NCBI GenBank assembly: GCA_963422645.2
Contig: CAXXVO010000004.1
Coordinates: 96,001-160,000 of the forward strand
Reading direction: 5' to 3'
DNA from: Alphaproteobacteria bacterium
Lineage (GTDB): Bacteria > Pseudomonadota > Alphaproteobacteria > UBA828
DNA: 64,000 nucleotides
Shown: positions 40,367-48,816 of the stretch, in pieces
Layout: the number at the start of each line of letters is the position of its first letter
Position numbering within the stretch: the stretch's first letter is position 1
Made by a program: the position numbers and the translations under genes
The notes under the pieces: model-generated
Database searches by the model: none
What the model was told of the DNA's origin: nothing
What the model saw: only the letters and a program-made list of their open reading frames with translations

Positions 40367-41028
40367 GTGTCTTCGGCCTCGACGGCCATCATGGCGGCGA
40401 GCACGGCGAGGCGTTCGCCCGGCGGCAAGGCCTGGTAGCGCCGGCCCCAGTTGGCTGCCTTGCGCTTGATGCGCTGGCGGTCGGTGAAGTTCCGGCCTGC
40501 GTGGCTGGCCCAATGCATCCGGTCGGGGGCGTAGTTGAACCAGACGACCTCGGTTCGCACCAGACCCTGGGTCGTGACCTGCAGCGCCAGCCGGCGCCAT
40601 CCCGCCAGCACCTCGTCATAGAGCGCCGACGGATGGCCCGAGATCATGACCTGGCAGGGCAGAGCCTTGAGCAGCGCGAGAAGCGCGACGTGGCCGGCCT
40701 CCTCGTACTCGAAGCGGTAGCGCTGCGCCGAGCGGCGGGTCGCGTGCAGATAGGGCGGATCGCTGTAAACCAGCTCCGGGCCCAGGAACGGGAACGAGGC
40801 CAGGAAGTCATGGGCACAGCCGTGAACCAGATCGACCGGGTAGTCGCAGACGAAGGCCTCGAGCGCCTGCGCATCGCGGTCGATGCCGATCGAACGCACG
40901 GCCGGCGGCTTGCGCTTCGTCAGCGCCCCGCCCCCAAGGTGGCTCTCGATGTAGACGGAGTGCGGCGGCATCAGCGCAATCAGCGCTTGGCACAGACCTG
41001 CTGTCGCCTTCGAGCCGAAATACCCCAT
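40363..41028 (-). CDS. Dam/D12-like N6-adenine DNA methyltransferase
   Basis: YFGSK, YIESHLGGGA (motif I variant), VYSDPPY (motif IV), VMISG, RTEVVWFNY. Confidence 0.85.
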   Translation of the reverse strand: MGYFGSKATAGLCQALIALMPPHSVYIESHLGGGALTKRKPPAVRSIGIDRDAQALEAFVCDYPVDLVHGCAHDFLASFPFLGPELVYSDPPYLHATRRSAQRYRFEYEEAGHVALLALLKALPCQVMISGHPSALYDEVLAGWRRLALQVTTQGLVRTEVVWFNYAPDRMHWASHAGRNFTDRQRIKRKAANWGRRYQALPPGERLAVLAAMMAVEAEDT

Positions 41029-41188
41029 GGACCGCTCCCGTCACGCGAGAGAGCAGTCCATAGTCCCGCAACTCTATGAGGTCAAGAACCAATCGCGGTG
41101 GCAGAACCAGGCCGCGGCCGCCGCCATAATCACCGTCCTCAACTCAGGATTGGGGTACCTGGGTAGTTACGTCTTTGGTGAGATTTTC

Positions 41189-43067
41189 GTAACTGCCCAG
41201 GTCGTCTGATTTGTCATTTTGGGCCAGTGGATTGAGGCGTTTCTCGTTCGGAGTTGGTGGAAAGGGCTTGACGGGAATTTCGGGAAATGACTCAACAACG
41301 ACATGAGCAATCCCGAGTCGCCGCGCGGCCCTTCGACGGGAGCAGCGCCCGAAACGCCCGCGCAGAAGATCGCCCGCCTGGAGGAGGAGAACGCCCGGCT
41401 TCGGGAGGAAAATGCCTGGCTTCGGCAGCAGAACGCGCGGCTGGAAGAGCAAGTCGCGCGTCTCGTCGAGCGCATCGAGGAGTTGGAGCGCCGTCTCGGC
41501 CTCAACAGCGGCAAGCCGCCTTCGAGCGATGGGCTGAGGAAGCCGAATTCGAAGCGGCGAACCCGAAGCCTGCGCGGCAAATCGGGCCGCAAGCCCGGTG
41601 GCCAGCCCGGCCACAAGGGCAAGACGCTGCGCCGCGCCGATCACCCGGATCGGGTGAAGGATCACGTCCCGGCTTCCTGCAAGGGATGCGGTTCGCCGCT
41701 TTCGGACGCGGCCAGGGCGGGAACGCCCGTCGCCCGCCAGGTGTTCGATCTGCCCGAGCCGAGCCCCCTGGAGGTGACCGAGCACCGGGCGCATGCCAAG
41801 TGCTGCGGGCATTGCGGGACGGTGACCCGGGCGGCGTTCCCCGACGGGGTGTCGGCGCCGGTGCAGTACGGCCCGCGCATTGCCGGGGTGGCGGTCTACC
41901 TTCAGCACGCTCACTTCCTGCCGGAGGATCGGCTGTCGCAGGTGATGGCCGAGCTCTTCGGCGCGCCGGTGACGGCTGCGACGTTGGCGACGATGAGCGA
42001 GAGGGCGGCCGAGCGGCTGCGGGACGCGGCCTTGCACATACAGGACCTGGCGGCGGGCACGGCGCGGGTGAAACACATGGACGAGACCGGCTTGCGGATC
42101 GGCGGTCAGACGCAGTGGCTTCATGTGATCTGCACGCCGCTGCTGGCGGCGTACCGGGTCAGCGGCAAGCGCGGCGCCCTGCTCTCGGGTGTCTCCGGCA
42201 TCGTCGTGCACGATCACTGGAAGCCGTACTTCGCGATGGAAGGGGTGGAGCACGGCCTGTGCAACGCCCATCACCTGCGGGAGTTGCAGGCGCTGGTGGA
42301 CATCGAAGGGGAGGCTTGGGCCCGGCGGATGCAGCAGCTCCTGCGCCGAGCCAATCGCGCCGCCCGCATCGCGCTGGACAAGGATATCGCCGTTCCGGCG
42401 AGGCTTGTGGCGCTGATCGAGCGCCGATACGACGAGATCATCGCCGATGCGCTGGCCTTTCACGAGAGCCAACCACCGTTCTCGCCTGGCAAGAGGAAGA
42501 AGCGCCGGAAGCGAAGGATCGGTCACAATCTGGCCTTGAGGCTGCGCGACCACAAATGCGCGGTGCTCCGGTTCCTGATCGACCTCGAGGTCGGGTTCAC
42601 GAACAACGAGGCCGAGCGCGACCTTCGGATGATGAAGCTGCGCCAGAAGATCTCCGGGGGCTTCCGGTCCGCGCAGGGGGCCGAGAACTTCGCCATCCTG
42701 CGCAGCGTCATCACCACCGCCAGAAAGCAGGGCTGGAATATCATCGAAGCCCTGACCAGCCCATCGGATCGGCTCATCGCCACCGTCAAGTGCGCGTAAG
42801 CTCACCTGGCACGGGTTCTCCAACAGCGGAGCCATTCTCATAAACGATCATGGTCGACGCCGTGCTGGACCACCCCATAGAATGAAAATCGGTGCCCGTC
42901 GCGCGGGCGGACTTCGGGCCACATCGGGGTAGCTTACCGGTCGCAGTCCGCAAGAGGGGCATCGTGAGCTGTGAAACCCGGCGACCCCAGAGGAGCACAC
43001 GGGCGTCGCGTGGGTAGCGTTGTGCCGAATCCCAGAGAATTTTCACAGCAAGAACCTGGGCAGTTAC
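41189..43067 (+). mobile_element. IS66-family element, copy B (1879 bp), near-identical to copy A
   Basis: IR GTAACTGCCCAGGT; 8-bp TSD AGATTTTC; transposase differs from copy A at one residue (HNLAL vs HNPAL). Confidence 0.95.
41303..42799 (+). CDS. tnpC: IS66-family transposase
   Basis: Same motifs as copy A. Confidence 0.93.
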   Translation: MSNPESPRGPSTGAAPETPAQKIARLEEENARLREENAWLRQQNARLEEQVARLVERIEELERRLGLNSGKPPSSDGLRKPNSKRRTRSLRGKSGRKPGGQPGHKGKTLRRADHPDRVKDHVPASCKGCGSPLSDAARAGTPVARQVFDLPEPSPLEVTEHRAHAKCCGHCGTVTRAAFPDGVSAPVQYGPRIAGVAVYLQHAHFLPEDRLSQVMAELFGAPVTAATLATMSERAAERLRDAALHIQDLAAGTARVKHMDETGLRIGGQTQWLHVICTPLLAAYRVSGKRGALLSGVSGIVVHDHWKPYFAMEGVEHGLCNAHHLRELQALVDIEGEAWARRMQQLLRRANRAARIALDKDIAVPARLVALIERRYDEIIADALAFHESQPPFSPGKRKKRRKRRIGHNLALRLRDHKCAVLRFLIDLEVGFTNNEAERDLRMMKLRQKISGGFRSAQGAENFAILRSVITTARKQGWNIIEALTSPSDRLIATVKCA

Positions 43068-43506
43068 AGATTTTCTTCACCGAAATATGCTTTGCTGTTG
43101 CATCGCACTGGCAGAATGCGTAAGCCTGCACCGACAGCGGAGTTGCCGGCCGCACAGCTCGAGATGAAGCCGGTCCACGCAGTGTCTGCGACAAAGTCTT
43201 GACTTTCGACGGCGAGGAGGGCGCAGCGCCTTTCTCGCTTACCAACACAAAGACCGCGGCGACATGGGTTGAATTTGATGCAGCCCCTGGTGCTTCTGGC
43301 GTTCTTCACACAGCCGACGTCTGCCCCCATGATTGATCGGCACCTCAATCCAGGCGGCCCAGAAATCTAGGTGGCATTGACCACAGCGCTGGCTCGGACG
43401 GCGGCGCGACCACGTTCAGGTCAATGTGGCTAAACGGTATGCGAAGGATCCGAAGTGGCCTTCGTGATCCGTTCGCCAGTTCGCAATTTTACTCAAGGAG
43501 TCTCGA

Positions 43507-44690
43507 TGTCCATTGTTCCGTTGGAGAAATCGCCAAATGCGTTCGCCGCCGCTCCACACTCTCCCGGTATTAATCGTCCCGCAACGATCCCATTCCATGA
43601 GCGGAAGCGGACTGCGACGGCGGTCATCTATTGTGAGGAGAACTTCGGTGAAATCGACGGTAAGACGGCCAACGGGCTCATCCGTCATTCAGAGAAGTAC
43701 GAAATCCTCTCGGTGATCGACAGCAAGCAGGCTGGACTCGACACTGGCGAAGTGCTCGGCGGGAAGGCCAACACCATCCCGATTTGCCGCGATCTCACCG
43801 ACGCCCTGTCTCGCACCGTGCACATCCCTGACTACTTCATCTTCGGGATGGCGCCCAAGAGTGGAATGTTGTCGACAGGTGAGCGAGGCATCGTGCTCGA
43901 AGCCCTGGCACGCGGAATGAATGTCGTGAGTGGTCTCCATGAATTCCTGACCGACGACCCGGAGTTCGTGGCCGCGGGCATCGCTAATAACGTCGTGATC
44001 CTTGACATGCGAAAACCGCGAGCCAAAAAAGATTTGCGGATGTTCGACGATCGAATTGTCGAAGTCACCTGCCCGCGAATTACCGTGCTCGGAACCGACA
44101 GCGCCATCGGCAAGCGCACCACCGCCACGATCCTGACTCGTGTTCTCAACGATCACGGCCTGAAAGCCGTCATGGTGAGCACTGGCCAGACCGGCTTGAT
44201 GCAAGGGGCCCGCTACGGTGTCGCGCTCGATGCCATTCCGTCGCAGTTCTGCTCCGGTGAGTTGGAGGCGACCATCATCGAGGCGTTCCAGGAAGAGAGT
44301 CCGGATGTGATCATCGTCGAAGGTCAAGGCGCACTGAGTCATCCGGCCTTCAGCTCCTCGGCACTCATTTTGAGGGGCAGCAGACCCACCGGAGTCATTC
44401 TGCAGCATGCCCCGGGGCGGCGTCATCGCTGCGACTTCGAACAGATGACGATGCCATCGCCGGCCAGCGAAATCAATCTGATCCAGACCTTCTCCGATAC
44501 GAAGGTCATCGGCCTCACGATCAACCACGAGAACATGACACAAGAAGCGGTCAGTGCCGCCATTATCCAGTACGAGGGTGAACTGGGAATTCCGGTCACG
44601 GACGTCTTGAGCCGCCCGCCCGAACGGTTGCTGGACATGGTCCGCCCGGCGATTCCTACACTTGCGGAGATGCGGACGGCCGCGGGCTGA
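43507..44690 (+). CDS. DUF1611-family P-loop protein
   Basis: GKTANGLIR, SGLHEFL, GTDSAIGKRTT, TGQTG, EGQGALSHP. Confidence 0.85.
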
Positions 44691-45802
44691 TGGCCGCACC
44701 GCGGTTGGAGATCGACCTCGAAAAGATCCGCCATAATGCTTCCACACTCGTCAAGCGGCTGAGACTCCGTGGCATATCCGTCACCGGAGTTACCAAAGCA
44801 ACTTTAGGGTCACCGGAGATTGCCGGCGTGTTGCTTCAGTCAGGCGTACGGGCGATCGGCGACTCCCGCATTGAGAACATCGAAACGCTGCGTGGAGCGG
44901 GGATATTGGCGCCAATGACACTGATCCGCTCTCCGATGATGAGTCAGGTCGATCGGGTCGTGGCGCATGCCGATATCAGTTTCAATACGGAGCTGGAGGT
45001 TATCGGCAAGCTCTCCGATGCCGCCTATGGGTCGGGGCGGACGCATGGGATCGTGCTCATGGTTGAGCTTGGAGATCTCAGGGAGGGGATCATGCCGGAG
45101 GATCTCCTCGGCGCCGTGCGTGAAACGCTTCGCTGCAGGAATATCGTGCTGAAGGGTATCGGCACGAACCTCGCTTGCCGGAGCGGTGAGCGCGCCGATG
45201 CTGGAAACATGGCAAAACTATCTGCCCTCGCCGAGTCCATTGATGCGGCCTTCGGTCTCACCCTCGATATCGTCTCCGGGGGGAATTCCGGCAATCTTCA
45301 GTGGGCGTTCAGCGCGGCGGGCACCGGAAGGATCAACGATCTTCGTCTCGGTGAGTCAATCCTGCTCGGCGTGGAGCCTCTCCATCGCCAACCGATCCAT
45401 GGACTCTACACCGATGCCATCACACTCGTCGGGGAAGTGATCGAGTCCAAGGTAAAACCGTCGCAACCATGGGGCGATATAGGCCAAACTGCGTTTGGTG
45501 CCAAGCCGGCTGTCAAGGATCGCGGATTTGTCTCTCAGGCAATTTTGGCAGTCGGACATCAGGATACCGATCCAGAAGGCCTCACCGCGTCCTCTGGAAT
45601 CGAGATTGTCGGGGCCAGCAGTGACCATCTCATTTTGAACTCGGGCAAGAACAAAGCGACCGTTGGTTCCGAGATCACGTTCCAACCCAACTACAGCGCA
45701 GTGGTTCGCGCCATGACATCACCTTTTGTCGCCAAGGTTTTAAAGGCGCGAATGCACAATGCCGGAGCAAACCAGCGCAAACAGAAGCAGGCCGTTTTAT
45801 AG
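44690..45802 (+). CDS. Alanine/ornithine racemase-family PLP enzyme
   Basis: GVTKA (PLP lysine), GDSRIEN, GDLREG, SGGNS, GASSDH; TGATG overlap with the upstream gene. Confidence 0.88.
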   Translation: MAAPRLEIDLEKIRHNASTLVKRLRLRGISVTGVTKATLGSPEIAGVLLQSGVRAIGDSRIENIETLRGAGILAPMTLIRSPMMSQVDRVVAHADISFNTELEVIGKLSDAAYGSGRTHGIVLMVELGDLREGIMPEDLLGAVRETLRCRNIVLKGIGTNLACRSGERADAGNMAKLSALAESIDAAFGLTLDIVSGGNSGNLQWAFSAAGTGRINDLRLGESILLGVEPLHRQPIHGLYTDAITLVGEVIESKVKPSQPWGDIGQTAFGAKPAVKDRGFVSQAILAVGHQDTDPEGLTASSGIEIVGASSDHLILNSGKNKATVGSEITFQPNYSAVVRAMTSPFVAKVLKARMHNAGANQRKQKQAVL

Positions 45803-45838
45803 CGTCGGCTATCGACAACTGGTCCGGTTTTGATGCCA

Positions 45839-45915
45839 CTAGCCCGCATTTCTCACCAGGGTCATGGCTGCGCGGCGCTGTCCGGCCGGTAGGGCAGGAG
45901 CGGCGCGCAGCGCAG
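45839..45915 (-). repeat. Partial, inverted third copy of the structured repeat (one end only)
   Basis: CTAGCCCGCATTTCTCACCAGGGTCATGGCTGCGCGGCGCTGTCCGGCC matches the reverse complement of the right end of copy 1. Confidence 0.75.
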
Positions 45916-46270
45916 CGCGCTGCTTCACAGCCCACTTCGCAGCTCGCGTCACCCGGTTCGGTGCCGTCGCGGACGCCGCCCGACCCCGCTTCCCGTCTCG
46001 TCCCGTCATGAAGCATCGACTCCCCAAATTGCAATTTGGCCCCTCCAATGCGACTGCGCAAGGACGGAAAATCGCCAGCGGAGCCGTGGATTGCGGGGCT
46101 TCAGCCGGTTCGGCAACCTTGCAGTGCTTGCGAAAATCCAGGATGACCTACGCCAACCACCCCCATTTGTAGAATTCAGCGTGCTCCGTCAGAAGCTTCG
46201 ATGCCTGACAGCATCTGACGACAGCTACCGCGGTCAGACTGAGGCCGTCACAAATACGAGATCGTGTAAC

Positions 46271-46294
46271 CCCGGAACAAGTCCGGGCATGACG
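46271..46294. repeat. Single CGTC-type REP-like palindrome
   Basis: CCCGGAACAAGTCCGGGCATGACG matches the right arm of the repeat at 60073-60167. Confidence 0.65.
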
Positions 46295-46394
46295 AGTTGG
46301 GGAACGGGCGAGGTGGGCTCTTGTGCCGACGCACCCGGTTGCCGCCCACTCAGACTGCTCCTATATCTCGCCCGACACTAAACCGAGGGCCACG

Positions 46395-46620
46395 ATGGAA
46401 CGGATCGGCGCATCAGAAGCCAGCAGGCACCTGCCCCGCCTGCTCGACCGCGTCGCGCAGGGCGAGAGCCTGACCATCACGCGCCAAGGCAAACCCGACT
46501 GCACCTGGTCCCCGCGTCCCACGACGACGAGCGCGTGCACGAAGTCGCCGCCCGAATTCCCAACGCCGTCGGCACCTCAAGCGCAGACCCGTAAGAGATC
46601 ACATGATCACACTTCGCGTG
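46395..46620 (+). pseudogene. Phd/YefM antitoxin, frameshifted; no toxin gene follows
   Basis: MERIGASEASRHLPRLLDRVAQGESLTITRQGKP, then frame lost. Confidence 0.75.
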
Positions 46621-46687
46621 GGTGGCGGCTTTGCACCGCTACATTGCGCGCGGCCGCCCCAGCACCCTACAATACCCCCTAGTTTCG

Positions 46688-47128
46688 CTACGATGCGGCA
46701 TCATCATCCGGCGGACAAACCGCCCTTGCCCTCAAGGACAGTATCCTTCGAAACGCAGTCCACGCAATTCTCGGCTCACCGCTTGACTCCACCTGTATGT
46801 GAGCGTAGCCCCACTCTCTCCATGGAATTTCCACAAAATTGTCTTCAGTCCGCCATTCCACTTGCACACTAAATTGGCACTTTTCCTTCTCACTTGCTTG
46901 CTCCGCCGCACTATAAAAGTCCTCAACTGCAAAATGCGCTTGTCCATAGCCAACCAAATGCCCTATCCGCAGTTCCTTTAGATCTACACCACGCTCTACC
47001 AGCTTATCTCTATGCCAAACAGACAACTCTGCGTCCTTAAATGCTCCCGGCTTTGGTCGCCCTTCAGCGTCACTCCAATCTTTTCGTCGGACAAATCGAC
47101 ACACAATGTCGAAATTCGTTACTGACAT
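46688..47128 (-). CDS. Hypothetical protein, possible ADP-ribosyltransferase-fold toxin
   Basis: Low-GC ORF; VCRF...PGAF...ELSVW...AH pattern. Confidence 0.6.
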   Translation of the reverse strand: MSVTNFDIVCRFVRRKDWSDAEGRPKPGAFKDAELSVWHRDKLVERGVDLKELRIGHLVGYGQAHFAVEDFYSAAEQASEKEKCQFSVQVEWRTEDNFVEIPWREWGYAHIQVESSGEPRIAWTAFRRILSLRARAVCPPDDDAAS

Positions 47129-47133
47129 AGCAA

Positions 47134-47961
47134 CTAGAGTCTAAGAACCTCGACAAATTCCCTCTCATTCGCGTACGGTATTCGCTTCAGTAGTTGATCG
47201 TTTTCGTCAAATATACTCACATCTATGGACCCCGAGATTGACATTTCTGCCATGATCAAATGACCGCTCTTCAGCCTCATGTAGAAGGACAGTTCGCCAT
47301 CGATGTCCATTGTTATATCGGGCTCAACTGCATATTCGACGGCTACGCGAGCAATTCGTTCGGCACTTTCCACTACGACAGACTCCGGCTTTCTCTCACG
47401 AATTCCAACCGCGAATCCGTTAATTTCCTCCTGCATTGCCCCCGGGATACTAACAGTGACATCCAATATCGAGCTACTCACATTCCATTCTGTGCTCGGC
47501 TGTAAAGGAATTCGCAGAGTGGACCACGTCAAATCGTTTGCTTCATTCGCAGTAGGCCTCTCGAGCTTCAGCCAAGCATTGCTCCATTCGCTTGCGTAAT
47601 CCAAGAAAGTCTTAGCGAAGGGTTCCGAAACTGCTACGTTCAACACGAGAAATTGACGGTCTGGATCGTTACTAGATCCGAAACTCCACCACGCGCCCTC
47701 ACCTCGGCGTCGAGCATTTGATGGTAGCTCGGATGTTCCAACAATATGGGAGAGAGGTGATTGGTTGAGCCCCATCACTATCTTACCAGAATGACTACTG
47801 ATTGGCTTTAACTCCCTATCCGAGACCGTATTATCATAATGGAATGCTGTATTGGAATGTGGCCGCTGCGCAGCAGCAACAATTGCCTCGAACTTCGGTC
47901 CTCCACGGGTTGAATGGTCATGGAGATAGGTTGTTTCTGCGAAGTCGTTTGCGGTTCGCAT
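47134..47961 (-). CDS. Hypothetical protein, possible antitoxin
   Basis: Low-GC ORF 5-6 nt from both neighbours; polar N-terminal half, compact C-terminal domain (EPDITMDIDGELSF). Confidence 0.65.
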   Translation of the reverse strand: MRTANDFAETTYLHDHSTRGGPKFEAIVAAAQRPHSNTAFHYDNTVSDRELKPISSHSGKIVMGLNQSPLSHIVGTSELPSNARRRGEGAWWSFGSSNDPDRQFLVLNVAVSEPFAKTFLDYASEWSNAWLKLERPTANEANDLTWSTLRIPLQPSTEWNVSSSILDVTVSIPGAMQEEINGFAVGIRERKPESVVVESAERIARVAVEYAVEPDITMDIDGELSFYMRLKSGHLIMAEMSISGSIDVSIFDENDQLLKRIPYANEREFVEVLRL

Positions 47962-47967
47962 TTCTAA

Positions 47968-48621
47968 CTACTCGTCTTGCAAAAAACTGTGGGCTTTATC
48001 CCACGCCTCGCTCAAGGAATTGAGAACGTCGGACTTACTTGGCATGGGTTTGCCACCGATGTGCAGGTTTAGTCCCAGGTAGACTTTTGTAGTTTTATCA
48101 TCTCCGAACCGTGGCTCGACTGTGACTGTCCATCGGTGATCGTCTTCTTCAAAAATTAACTTTCCTGAACCACCCACAAGTGTCCATCCCATAGCGCTTT
48201 GTAAGCCAGATGCAAATAACCGATTGGCGAGATATGTTAAAGCAGTCTCTCCAGAATTCTGATCTAATACTAAGTCGACATTGAACCCAAAAGCATCAAG
48301 GGTCTTCTCATTCAGCTTGGAATGTAGAATGGCACAATCAGTGATTTCGGCCAATCGATCCAAGTCGTTGGCTGTCGGATACTCCCTTTCTACAACTGAT
48401 CTAATTGACGAACACTGCAATACAATCCGATCTCTCGGGAGTCGAAGTACTTGTCCTTGGGTGGGTGTCACGCCTGCGCCTGCTCCAATCAGAATCCCCT
48501 CCGGCACGACTTCAGAACCAATAGAATTCTGAAATTCAGCGACGCCTTCTTGAGAGGCGAGCAGCTCGATGCCAACAAATACGACGTTCGCCTTGAGTAC
48601 GTCTTGTACAGTCGCGGACAT
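47968..48621 (-). CDS. Hypothetical alpha/beta protein, reminiscent of TIGR04255-like proteins
   Basis: Low-GC ORF; AFGFNVDL and VYLGLNLH strands followed by helices. Confidence 0.65.
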   Translation of the reverse strand: MSATVQDVLKANVVFVGIELLASQEGVAEFQNSIGSEVVPEGILIGAGAGVTPTQGQVLRLPRDRIVLQCSSIRSVVEREYPTANDLDRLAEITDCAILHSKLNEKTLDAFGFNVDLVLDQNSGETALTYLANRLFASGLQSAMGWTLVGGSGKLIFEEDDHRWTVTVEPRFGDDKTTKVYLGLNLHIGGKPMPSKSDVLNSLSEAWDKAHSFLQDE

Positions 48622-48816
48622 CAGAACCTTCTTCCCGGCGTTGTGAACGCAATAAAAGCGCGCGGTTCAAGGGGTGCGCAAAGGGAAATATCCATCGGTT
48701 GACTCCTAGTGGCTCTGGCAGCCTGGCTAGGGCGTCTGTCCCGCTGAGTACCCATCAAGCTTCAGTGTGGGGAGGTGAGGTTTAGCTTGCAAGGGAATTT
48801 CGGAGGGCTAACCCCC

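Larger units (their letters stand above)
38660..41170 (-). mobile_element. IS66-family element carrying a DNA adenine methyltransferase (2511 bp)
   Basis: 19-bp IR GTAACT(G/A)CCCAGGTACCCC; 8-bp TSD GTCTTTGG (38652-38659, 41171-41178). Confidence 0.93.

Noticed and set aside
40367-40600. N-terminal extension of the IS66 transposase ORF
   Set aside because: Overlaps the methylase gene; the GTGA-overlap start at 40366 is more plausible
28648-43067. Composite transposon bounded by inverted IS66 copies A and B
   Set aside because: Each copy has its own intact, different 8-bp TSD (CTTATGTC, AGATTTTC), so they inserted independently
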